Source of the DNA: Auanema rhodensis
Taxonomy: Eukaryota; Animalia; Nematoda
Direction of reading: 5' to 3'
Length of the DNA: 64,000 nt
Assembly (NCBI GenBank): GCA_964057225.1
Contig: OZ059894.1
Location: 16,244,001 to 16,308,000, forward strand
In this document: positions 28,672 through 40,985 of the stretch, in pieces
Layout: each line of letters opens with the position of its first letter
How positions within the stretch are numbered: position 1 is the first letter of the stretch
Notes under the pieces: generated by a model
Told to the model about the DNA's origin: nothing
The model's input: the letters and a program-made list of their open reading frames with translations, nothing else
The model's database searches: none
Program-made: the position numbers and the translations under genes

Positions 28672-29212
28672 ATGCCCATCCAAGACCAAATCGTTGGAAA
28701 ATGGAATCTTTCTTCCTCTGATAATTTCGATGCCTATCTTAAGGAGGTTTGTTAATATAATCACAATGGTAAAGAACCCAATCTAGGTCGGAGTTGGATT
28801 AATGACTCGTACTATTATTACCAAGCTGAAGCCAACTGTTGAATTCAGCATTGAGAACAACAAATGGACCATGACCACTGTCTCTACCTTCAAGACCCTT
28901 GTGCAATCTTGGGAACTCGGAAACTCTTTCGATGATAAGACCGGAGATGGACGTGATGTAAGATTGGTTGAAGTGTTATTGCAATAATGATGTATTGTAG
29001 GTCAAGCAGACATACACCCTTGTCGACGACAAGCTCATCCAGGAAGAGGAAGGAAAGAATGGAGGAAAGAGCTCCAAGTTCATTCGTTACATCGTTGATG
29101 GAAAACTCAATGTTGTAAGTTTGCTCCTTTTTTTTCTTTTGTTAATTTTCCTGAGTAGGAATGCGAATGCAATGGAGTCAAGTGCGTCCGCGTTTACGAG
29201 AAGGCTAACTAA
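28672..29212 (+). CDS. Fatty acid/lipid-binding protein (FABP; lbp family), 4 exons
   Basis: [62 protein letters not shown]. Confidence 0.95.
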
Positions 29213-29394
29213 TGTCACTTCTTTATAAAATTCCTTAATTTCCGGTAAATCATGCTTGTGATCTTTTAGCGGTTGTTTGTAATAATAATAAATCTTTTTT
29301 TTCAATCATAACATTACAATGAAATGCATAATACATGAGTTCGCTTCCCGTATTCATCTAAGTTAGAAGGGGTTACATATGGGATGAAAGTCAA

Positions 29395-31837
29395 TTAAAT
29401 CACATCTTCATCAATAAATTTGATGGAACTGAAATTCGCACCAAAGGATTTGGCGGAGTTTTTGTAATCTTGTGTTCTTGATGGTTGCCTACATATACAG
29501 ATGAGAAGTAGTGTTGTCAACAATAGAGCCAGTATAAGGATAGAAACAACAATCAAATGTGGCGCTAGCGATTCTTCTTCCGGCTGAAAAGTTATGAATG
29601 GCAATGACAAAGCAGATCTTGCATATGATTTTGATTTGAAATTACTTACGTCATTTTCGACCCAAATACAGTAAGCACTATTAGAGCCTGTACGAATAAA
29701 TGGACATTTTGGATCTGGACAAACAACTGGCGATGGTATAGGGCGGTAACCAGTGGTTCTAAAAAAATATCAGTTGAAAACATATCTAAGATTTTCCACC
29801 TTTCAGGGCTTCGTGTCATTAAAGAGTTCCAAATACTTAAATGTAGTAAGGATAATCCTCTATCGGAAAAATGAGCGCAGTCATATCCTAATACTGATAC
29901 ATCGGTTCTAAAAACAATTTTATTAAACAAAAAAAATATTTTTGTTTGTTATTGAGCACATGGCCACTTTAAACTATCTTTTAATCATTTCCGATAAAAA
30001 ATGTTAAACTATCTATTTTACATTGTGTGAGGTGAAAAAATTTAAACATCTTTGCTCTTCAATCATTGCAGAAGGAGGCAAAGAATAATGAAGATCAGAT
30101 AAGTTTTGTTAGTTAAATTTAACAAAAAATAACCCTTCAGGGAGATTTTGAAGAGCCGCTTCTCTCAAAAGTGGTAGAAATTCCACAGTGAAATTGTCTT
30201 TCTGGAAATTTCCTTTAACAATGTCTTCAACCTTAAAATGTACTTATACCTAAAACTAAATCTATCAAGAGTACCTGTGACCAAACAGAATTCGAGTTAA
30301 ATTTGCTGTACACTTTGAAAGCACTAAGCATTTCTTCGCAAGCCTAAAGTTTAATCGGAATATATCAATCAAAGGTGTATACAAAACCTTTTGTGCATGG
30401 CTTGCATCACTCCAGATTCCATTTCCAGATGTTCTTAAGACAACAATTAGAGTACGTTCTGGTAATAGCTTATGAAATTCTTCTATTGCAGCCAAAACTT
30501 CAACTGCTGTTTGTCCTGTTTCTGAGGCTTCGCCATCCTAAAGCCAATGTCGTAATAATATAGAATAGATAAATGGATTTCATATTTTGTTAAATTTGTA
30601 AAGTATCATAGACTATGAATATTTTTTCCTCATTAAATTCTTTGGAATATATTCATTGATTGAAAATATAAGGATGTTTAATTGTCAAGATATGAATGTA
30701 AATTAATTTACTTTCATTCATTAACCCATCGAATTAAACCTGAGAGAAAATTTTTAAAACATACAATTCTCTCCAGAGTCTTGACTTATCATCAACATGT
30801 GTAATCAATGTGTGAGTTCATTATTGATGAAACTGGACCCTTACTAGTCAAAAATCTAGTGGTCCTTGCTCCAATGTTTGTTTTGTTTTGCAACGTTTCA
30901 AACTTTGCAGCTTCTACGAAGTTTCAGTAACAATTGCTTTTCTATCCTTTTCCCGTATACATCTTGTCTACACAGATTGGTCAGAAAATAGGAAATTAAA
31001 TTAAATGTTCGTTGAGACTTTCGTCTTTTCGTCCAAATATAGGTAAAACGTCTTTGATTTAAAAAAGTTTATTATGTAAATAATACCTGTATAGAGGGGA
31101 GAATAACAATCATTTTCCAAATGTCATTATAATTAGGAATTTTGCGAATAGCTTCTGCCAAGTTTCTGCAAATTGTAAGAGTTTTTGACATTTTCAAAGT
31201 ATCAGTACATAGCTTGTTCAGATAAAAGATCATCTCTTTCATTTTCTTCTATAACTGTCAAATTAGGATTAAAGACTCTAATCATTTTCTCCAAAGACGG
31301 CAGTTCAGTAGTACTGGACGGATGACTGCAAGAATCAAGCAAGCCTAAACACAAATTTTAAAAACTTAAATGTTCTTTGTTCTTTGATTTCAATGGGCAG
31401 TTTATCAAAAGTGATTACCGTGCTGCAACATTGAAAAATTGGAATTGCAATAAGTTGATAAGTGGCCCATATCCGCATATATTGCTATAATTAGAAATTG
31501 AAACAAACTTTCATAATAGAGTATGAGATTATTTATACCTATGTCATTGGGCCGCAAACGATTACTATCCTCTCTTGAATTTCCGGAGGTTCTATGACAT
31601 TTTTGTACGTCTTCTAAAACATAAGACAATGGGTAATCTAACATTTGTTCTGAATATTGCGAAGCCTAAAAATACATATTTTTCTTATGCTCTGTTAGCA
31701 TAAACTACCTGAGTTTGTACTAATGTCATCCATTGGTCATAAAAATCACGATCTGTTGTTAATCGTTCTTCAATTCGTGTAATAGAGTTCGCATGAACGA
31801 CCGTCAAGATAACTAGAGGAAGTATTAAGGTTATCAT
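29395..31837 (-). CDS. Phospholipase B1-like (SGNH/GDSL family) type I membrane protein with degenerate catalytic block I
   Basis: Signal peptide, NRLRPNDIAIYADMG, FTVEFLPLL, DVSVLGYDCAHFSDRGLSLLHLSIWNSL, CPDPKCPFVQ and a C-terminal TM helix LIVVSILILALLLTTLLLICIC. Confidence 0.8.
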
Positions 31838-34800
31838 CTTGTATTCATAATGGGACACGTCAAAGCTTTTTTTGTCTATCTTGAGTTTATACTTGGCATT
31901 AGTCTAAAAATATAGAAGGTTTGTTGAAACGATCAGAATAATGATGGAAAGAAAAGGCTTTAAAAATCTCAATTTTCTTGGTTTGCATGGAGTGTCAAGT
32001 TTGACAGATTAGGTATGGAAAATGGATCAACAACAAGAAAGACAAATTTAAGAGCTATAAGTAGAAAAGGTAAAAAGAGTTTAGTTAATGTTCGCTCAGC
32101 AATACTTTATTATTGCAGCAAACATAAGAGAAATGGAGTAAAACAAATTGTTTTTCATGATTATGAAGTTACAAACTTGAAGAAGAGCGAACGTAACTTT
32201 TCATAATTGATATTTGTTTTGTGAATCACAACATCAATTTTAGACAAGAATCTTAACTAAACAATCTTTGTTTTAATCACAATGATTAGTACTTTCCACT
32301 TTTGCTTTTTAGACATTAATTTTAGCATATTTATGAAAAATAAAAGTGATTTGGTCAAACGATATTCATGTGAGAGAACAACCAACTGACGTTTGCAATT
32401 GAAACAAAATAAATTGTCATCACGTGTAATTAGAATAGAAACAACATGATAATATGATTTGTTGAAATCAATAATAAAGACAAGAAACATATATTATGAA
32501 AATAAAGCTGCAAGATATAAATATATGAAGAGTAGTTTATCAAGCACGAGAACATTATAGGAATGAAATGTTTTTATATGTAATCAAATGGGCTTCGAGA
32601 TAATAAAACTTTTAACGTATGGGCTTTTTTTCTTATGTAAGAATGAAGAGGGAAGTATTTTTTCCTCATAAACTTTGTTATACATGATCAAAGGGTAAAG
32701 TTGCTACAATTAGTAGTTACTCATGCGGACTTTACTATATACTGTCACAGGTTTGTGGTAACGATTAGATACAGTTGATGGCTAGTATAGGGGGGCATTG
32801 TGGAAGTTCCCAGAGCGTGATGAAATAGTAGAGGTACCAGTCAGGGCGGTTAAAATGACAGTAGAGGTGTTAGGTCAGTTAAACATAATATAACATATAA
32901 CTTTTAGTATTCAATAATAGTGACAAAATAGAAAGCAGTTTGTTATAGGAATATACTATTAGACAAGTTAAGAATAGCACAAAGTGTGAGCCGTAAATTT
33001 CATTTACATTAACTTGTTTTACATCGTCGATATGAATTTACAAAGAGTTTAAGAAAGAAAAACAATCTTACACTAAAATAGAATTCGCTGAAAAAAAATT
33101 AAAAGAAACTGCAACAAGACAGAAACAAGAAACACACAATGAGTGAGTAAGTTAAATCGTACGATTGTCAGAATTCTGTGCTTGTTTCGAAGTATCTTGT
33201 ATATTTCTTTTTTAAGATACTAAAAAAGGAAAATTAAATTGGGTAAAGGAAGGTATTCCACAGCAACAGTTGTCTTTTACGGCGCCGCAAAGATGAATCT
33301 GCGCATTATAATTGGTTGGTTGCTGTACAATTCTGATGTGAGACCTTTCTTTCAAAATGTGTAAATTTGAATAGATTGGTTTGAGAAATAAAATTTAAGT
33401 GAAAGAAATATGGAACGTAGGTTATCGAGAATATTTCTCCACATATGGATTGGATTTTTACTGTTCTCATCATCAATCGAGATGAAGTAAGAGAGACGAG
33501 TTGAGCTAATGGAAACTGCGACTAGAAGGTTAGATAGAACGAGTCCTATTTGGTAAATGAGTGAGAGGCAAAAAGGGTGGGAGGCTGTCCGTCTGGCTGC
33601 TTCTGTGGTTGCCACTTCTCCGCAATAGCTCTCCGGAAGAAGTGAGAAGGAAATAGCTAAGATACAACTTAGAAACAAAGTAAGCAATTCAAAATATACA
33701 TATAGAGTTAACGGATACGAATTATTCATTTTCATTAAACGTAGCCATTTTTACCATAAAAAAACTAGTTCGTCTTTCATTTTTTTGCTGAATAGTATAT
33801 TTATAAATGTCCTAAGAAGTGGAATCATATAACATATGACAAAAAGTACACGAATAAAGATAAAAACTTAGTTGTGTAAATATATGATACTTAGATGTTG
33901 TTCTTGGAAACACCAGTAACATCCATCATAATTAGACAAAGCTCCTTTCTCAGTTCAAGAAGAGCTGTTGGGCCTTAATTAAGTTGAAAAGCCAAAATAT
34001 GCATTAACTACGTGAGAAGAAAAAGATGCGACATAGCCACTAATAATGGAACAACGAATACAAGTTAGTCAAGGAAAAGGACTAAAAAGAATAAACTGAG
34101 AAACATTTGAACATCCTATTGAAACCAATAAGAAGTGAGAGAAGAAGAAATGAAAGTTGATGAGGAGGGGAGGGATGAACAAATTTAAGGGACAGCTGAG
34201 AAAACCTTCAAAATTGTCTTGAAACTCCACCTACTAGGTTTTAAGCCGTTGATCGGATTTTATTACATTGGTAGGCATTTCTTGATTGAAAACGAATCAT
34301 CCGAGAAGCGTCGGGTTAATATAATTGATTAATTCAAACATGTAGATATATTAGTTCAAGCAAAGGATGAAACACATGCTCCCAAATGAAACGGTTTCCT
34401 GATTCGCACGAATAAAAAGTTTATGAAAATGTTTTCAATAGCCATGTAGTCCTCGAGAAGTACCTGGGTTCTGCTGATCTTTGAAATTTCTTTTTGACGT
34501 TTTATGCCATTATTCACCAATTTTAACTTATCGAATAATAAAAAGGAAATTAAATCCTGATGTTTCTAGATGTATTGTTTAAAACAACAACAAAAAATAA
34601 GAGAAAAAACATGAACTTGATAGTCACGAAGGTGATATAATTGGTATTAAACTACTTTTTATGAAAGATAGAGAAAAGAATCAAACGAATTGATAGATCA
34701 TTTTTATAATATATGTATTTGACAGCAGAAAAAGAATAAAATACAATTGTATTCTTATTGTTTTTCTTAAACGCAAATTAAAAAATCCAGAAAACCAGAA

Positions 34801-35082
34801 AAGTGCGAACCAGATCTATCTTTATTTATTTATCGTTCATTAAGTATTTAAATATCATACACTGATCTCATAAAAAGCGGCGTAATACGAAGAGGCTTAC
34901 ATAAACATATGTATAAAGACCTATCCTTTAAAAGTGTGAAGTATCTTGTATTCTGGGTTTTCATTTTCATGAATATATAAAATCGTAACATTCAAAAATG
35001 ATTAATTTAGTTAAATTTTCACTAAAAAGGGAATGCATTCTACTCTGTTACTATTTGGTTTGAAATTAAATTCGATTTAAAC

Positions 35083-35112
35083 CACGTGGAAATATGTTAC
35101 ACGTGCCACGTG
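35083..35112. promoter_or_regulatory. Cluster of three CACGTG E-boxes
   Basis: CACGTG at 35083, 35100 and 35107. Function is inferred only. Confidence 0.4.
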
Positions 35113-35990
35113 TAGAACAATATACGAAAACACATTAGGCTTAGCGAATTTGGATTTAAAATGGTGTTAATTATATATATCCTCTAGAGTTCTCGAAAGC
35201 AATTAGAATTTTGTGACGATTATGTAAGAATAATTTTGTTGGTAAACTGGGTAAAGGGAGAATTCTATAAAATAAATTAATGCACATAATGAATACAGAG
35301 CAAAAGAAGTAATTACATTTCATAGTTATTAAAAATTAAGCTATAGCTCAAGGATACACCAACAAAACGGTGGACAGAGAAAATGACTTGTTCTTGAAAA
35401 TGTTGTCGGGACAGCCAGTGTTAATGAAGTGTACTTTAATTTCTCTTTCATTGCATACCGCTAATATGCACTGACAAGATACACATAAAAAATTCCCGAT
35501 ACTTTGCTTCCAAAAAAAGGATTAACCGTTTTTAAACACGAGAATGTCAGTGAGAAGGCGATAACATTATAAAAGAATATCTGCACAAATTCGCCGGAGC
35601 TGAAAACCGGAATACATACATTTACCTTTCAGGACAATGTCAATCAGCACAGCATTACCATTTCAAGTGGGAGGTATGAATAGAACCCGACAAACATTTC
35701 AGAAGGAAGCGATGCAATTGACGTCAGTACTCCCCCAAGAGAAATTATTAGAACTAGCAATGATTTCGAAGGTTTAACAGGGTACATGAAGACAATCAGT
35801 AAGGAAATAAATCTATTGAGTATCCACAAATAACAGTTTATCGTGTAGTTCGCTCATAAGAACTTTTCCGAAAACGGTCACATTGAAACATGAGAGCTCA
35901 AAACATAGTAAGAGGATTTTCTACAAAAAAAGTGCGACGCTTCTAATAAGAAAAAAATCACAGAAAAAAAAATCTTATTAAAGTGAAGCA

Positions 35991-37676
35991 TTAACTTTGT
36001 GCACATTGAACACTTTGTCCACCATGACCGTGACCACCCATATCATAATCACCATCTTCTTCATCTTCTTCATGAGCTTCAGAGCGTCCTCGACCATACT
36101 TCTCTTTTTCAAATTCCATGAGCGAAACTTCGGTTGCTCCATTAGGTACAGTATTCTTTGAACCTGGTGGAAGGCACTCGGCAATGAGCTGTAAAGTTAG
36201 TTTTACATTTCGAAATTTAACATGCCAAACCTTATAACGAGATTCATCTTCTAAAAAATGGGGTTGAGGGAATTTTACGTCAAAGGTAACGAGCAAATTT
36301 CCCTTCAATTCACTATGGCGCTTATCTGGCATTCCCTCTCCAAGGATACCCAAAACGCTTCCTGGTTGAACAGTAGCTTTATTAAAATAGTTGAGAATAA
36401 TCTTTCTGCCGTCAAGATGAGTTATCATAATCTCGAAACCACACAAAGCTTCATTTAAGGTGAGAACACTAAAAGTTCGAGTAAAAACCGAAGAAATTAT
36501 TCGTCTTACTGTTTCATGTGTAAATCATTTCCTTCTCTGTTGAAAAGTTCATGATCAGCAATCTGGATAACAATTATAACATCTCCAGCCTCGATATCAG
36601 GCTAAAAATAAATCATGAAAGAATTATTTGTAGGAAAAGAAATACATCTGCTTGATCTCCCTGTTGGGCGAATTTGATCTTTTCTCCATGCTCAACACCT
36701 GGAGGAATGGCGACTTCTTGTATTTTCATATCATTAATATATTTATTTCCTGAACATTTTCCACACTTATCAGCTTCGTCAACATCATCTCCTAAAACAA
36801 ATTTCAAAAATAAGCAAAACGCTAATTAACACTAACCAGTTCCATTACAACGTGGGCAGTTAACAACACTTTGAGAGATAAGGTTGGCAGCAACTTTATG
36901 CATATGAATTTTTCTACCCTTTCCTTTACATTCTTGGCAGGTAGATCGTCTTTTAGATCTTGCTCCAGTACTTGAAAATTTTGACATTCCTTTCAACGAA
37001 TTCTAAACATACCCATCACAATCGCGACAAACAATTTTTCGTGAGATCTTCAGTTTTGAGGTTTTGCCTTTGAATGCATCTTCTAAAGTGATATTCAAAG
37101 GATGAACTGAATCAGGATATTTTCTTCTTCTATTGCGTCTAAATTGAAATTTCAAACATGTTATTAGTATTTCGAGAACTACCGTTCGCCTCCCATTCCA
37201 CCGAAAATACCACCTAATCCACCAAAATCAGAGTCAAACATGGAGAACATTCCTTCATCGAACACTGAAAATGAGATATTGAAATTAAGGCAACGAAATA
37301 TATCTTACTTCCACCACCTCCGCCTCCTCCACCCTCTTTAATTCCGTCAAGTCCGCGAGCATCATACAATGCTCTCTTTTCAGGATTTGATAAAATGTCA
37401 TAAGCAAAGCTGATTTCTTTGAACTATAAAAATTTTTTGTAAGATATAAAAAGAAGAAAAAACCTTATCCCCGGCATCAGAATTTTTATCAGGGTGGTAT
37501 TCCTTGGCAAGTTTACGATAGGCCTAAAATTTTGAGTTGAATAAAAAAAACATAGATGACGAAACCTTTTTCATCTCATCTTCAGATGCAGATGGAGAAA
37601 CTCCTAAAATGTCGTAAAGCTTGGTTTCTCTCGGACGGCCAGAGCCTCCACCTCCTCCCATATTAGAGAAAAACAT
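35991..37676 (-). CDS. dnj-19: DnaJ class A co-chaperone (DNAJA2/dnj-19-like) with CaaX terminus
   Basis: J domain with YRKLAKEYHPDKN..DKFKEISFAY, G/F region, CxxCxGxG zinc repeats and C-terminal VQCAQS*. Confidence 0.9.
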
Positions 37677-37842
37677 TTCTGAAAAGCCGAGAGATTATGA
37701 TGTCAATTTAAATGAATAATAATGGTATTGAGCTAAGAGAAGCAAAAACTATTTTATAGATCGTATATATCAAAAATGATATATAGAAATATAATTAACA
37801 GAAAAAAATGCAATATAGTTTATGAGTATAAGAATGGTTAAA

Positions 37843-37857
37843 ATTCTAGAATATTCT
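37843..37857. promoter_or_regulatory. Heat-shock element (nTTCnnGAAnnTTCn)
   Basis: ATTCTAGAATATTCT gives three perfect alternating nGAAn units, about 170 bp upstream of the DnaJA start codon. Confidence 0.7.
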
Positions 37858-38078
37858 GGGCACATATCATATGGTTAGGCATATACGTCAAGGTGCTACC
37901 TATGGCGCAATCTCAGTGTATCTTGTCGTATGCACATCAGGTTTAAGATAAAGCTAAAGTTATATCGAAATTTCAATTTTTTGTATTACTTTCTCTTTTA
38001 ATTTTATTGGCATATCATTTAAATGTTTTTATATTTATAGATGTTGTATGATTTTTAATTCGAGGAGTTTGAAAACAA

Positions 38079-40636
38079 ATGAGTGAAAAACTTCCCACCG
38101 GTATTTATGATATATACTTTTTCATATATTTTATTATTAATGTTTTAGGGACATTATGTGCAGTGTGTGAAGATTTTGCTACAGGAAATCATTATTCAGT
38201 CCCCTCATGTAATGGATGTAAAACTTTTTTTCGACGTGCTTTAGTGGTTTGATTATTATATTATGAGCTAAAGAATATTAAATCTTTAGAATAAGAAGGA
38301 GTTTGTTTGTTTGGGAAAGCGTAATTGTCCTGTAAATAAAGGTAATTTCAGTAAAAACTTTCTGAAAAATAGATTTATATTAGGTGTTCGTTGTGCTTGC
38401 CGATATTGCCGTCTTCAAAAATGTCTTCAAGTTGGAATGGATAGAAATTGTATGTTATGCTATTGAATATATCAATATATTTTTGAAATTATATTTCAGC
38501 AATACAAGGTGGTCGTGATAGAATTGGCTATACCAAAAGAACGAGGAAAAACCACAAGAACACGGCAGGTGATGAAGAACCTCGTCACAACGAATCGTAC
38601 GTCACCCTTTATTTTTAATTTTCAATATTTTTCTTAAATATTATTATTGCATTCTCTTTCCGAATACACTTTTTGTGTATAGAGATTTCAATTTGCATTC
38701 TAGCAATTGAAAGAAGATTATGCGTTGACATATGCCTGAACAACACTTGGGATTAGCGCATGTTATTATCCTCGATATGAAGAACTATGAAAATTGTATT
38801 TCTAATATTGATAATATGTTTATAATAGCATATAAATTTTCTATCAGTTATGATCATACTTAAGGAGTGGCTCTGGTTCTTGCTCACCCCCGCGTAATGA
38901 ATTTGATCGCAGTAGTCCACCGGAAATTAAAGATTTAAAATTTGATTTTGTAAGTTTTAATAACAGTTATATGTTCACACTGTTATTTTTTAGACGTCTT
39001 ATGGTCCGATGCTTGAAAGGTTAACAATGATAGAGAATAATTTTACATTACTTCTGAGTAGAGGTGAAATTGAGCCATATAGTTCATTAGATGAGGCATT
39101 AGCAGCTCCTAGTAAATTAAACGGTCCATTGAAAATAAAGGTATTTAATCCGATGTTAATGATGTTATAATGATGTTCAGTCTGAGATTGCAAATGCAAA
39201 TATTAGCATGGATAGTGATCAGCAGCCATTTTGGAGATCACGCATAATAGCCTTGTATATTGATTGGGCGAAAACATTTTCAGCTTTCCGAAATTTGCCA
39301 TATTCAGATAAGGCAAGTTTTCTATTTTTTTACAGCTGCTTAGCATATGATATCTCATCTCTCTAATAACAATGTTTAACATACTCTATATGCTAAATAT
39401 TGAAACAAGACTTTGTTATAATTAATTACACAAGTTTAGGTGGCGCTAATTACAAATCATGCCAGCTCTTACATGATATTATGTGAGGCGTTTAGAACTC
39501 CTGAGCACATAGATGAGGTAAAAATATATTTAGTCCCTATAGTCTTATTATATATATATATTCTTAAGGGAAGAATTGAAAACTGTATCAACATGGCCAA
39601 TTCGGCTCCCATGAGTGCCAGTGGACTTCTAAGCGTTGTGCTTAATGATTCTGTCGCTCGTTCTTTTGCCAACACGTTAGAACTGTTTGTTTACTTGAAG
39701 AGTTTATAAAAAAACGATGAGATTTCATTTCAGAAAAACGAAAATCAAAAAAGAACATTCAAGCAATATGATTCGTTTACCAACGGAATATGGAAGTCTT
39801 CCTGCTGATTATGGTAGTTGGATTCCAATGGTACGATAACTTTTATTGATTATTAAAATTCCATGCAACATTTATTGTCAAAATGTTTTTTATTCTTTAT
39901 GAATAGTTTTATATTAAAATATCTAGGATTATGGTCATCCAATAGCTGGAAAAGAAGGGCGACCGGATATGCATGTCCTTTACAATTCTCTTGAACAACG
40001 TCAGAAAGGCACAGATCTCTGCCAAACTTCCTGCTTTTCATCGAATCAGACTGCTGGAGTGTATGAGAATTCTTTGTTAACATAATTATTTTTCAATTTT
40101 AAGATTAACCAGTCTAACATCTGTAATGGCTGCAATGATTGATTATATCTTGAAGCCTTTTCGCCAACTAAATGTATCAACTACAGAGTTTGCAACATTA
40201 CAAGCCATAATGTTTTTTGATCCCGGTTCTTCATTTTCATAGATATATTGAATACTCAACGATTTTTAAAGATACGAATGGCATTGATGCAGCTTCCCAA
40301 CGAAATATTGCTGCAGAACAAAAACGTTTGTTAACTGCTTTACACCGGCATCTTCTTCGCACCTACAGTGCTCAGGCTGCAGATGAGAGATTTGCAAACA
40401 TTCTGTTAAGAATACCATCTATTCGTGTATGTTTTGATTAGTGTGCTTCAGGATTATTTTTTTATTTCCAGAAAGTTGCTGCTAAGAAAAATGAATCTTT
40501 GCAAATGATTGATATGCTCAATCTCTTTTCCATAAATTCTTTAGTGCGCGAAACTGCTCTTGGTATTCGTCCTCCAACTTCAACTACTCCATCTATAAGT
40601 GGTATAGCCCGAGGTGCAGATTATTGCACTGAGTGA
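38079..40636 (+). CDS. nhr-47: Nuclear hormone receptor, nematode HNF4-derived class (nhr-47-like)
   Basis: [63 protein letters not shown], then an LBD with [18 protein letters not shown] and [13 protein letters not shown]. The ortholog name is from recalled similarity. Confidence 0.88.
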
Positions 40637-40985
40637 GACAGCCAGATTTCTGTAATGTAAATTTGTATTTACTATGATGTATATATCGTGATCGTCTCTT
40701 TCGTACTTTGTGATATCTTGATTCTTAGTTCGAACTCTTACTCGTTGAATTTTCTTTATTCTTGCCTCCTCAGCCGATCTTATTAACAATCATTCGAACT
40801 GCTCAATCGGGTTTTCAAAACATATTTTTCATGTTTGTGATATTCCTAGAATACAAGCTTGTATGTATAATACAAATTTTTATATACTTAATTTTATCCA
40901 AATTATAGTATAATATTAGAGTCTTTATCTCATTTTATATAATCAAAAGTTTATTAAAGATTGTTACGATATTATTTTTAATTGT

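Noticed and set aside
32817-32900. GTGATGA as a C box of a C/D snoRNA
   Set aside because: No suitably placed CTGA D box or terminal stem downstream.
33352-33735. 127-aa minus-strand ORF as a protein-coding gene
   Set aside because: No recognisable domain, and it spans a hairpin and CT-rich promoter-like sequence. Kept only as a low-interest finding.
37877-37901. TAGG...CCTA degenerate palindrome overlapping a TTAGGC as a programmed DNA elimination site
   Set aside because: The match is weak, it sits in a promoter between conserved genes, there is no telomere array, and I cannot verify the consensus.
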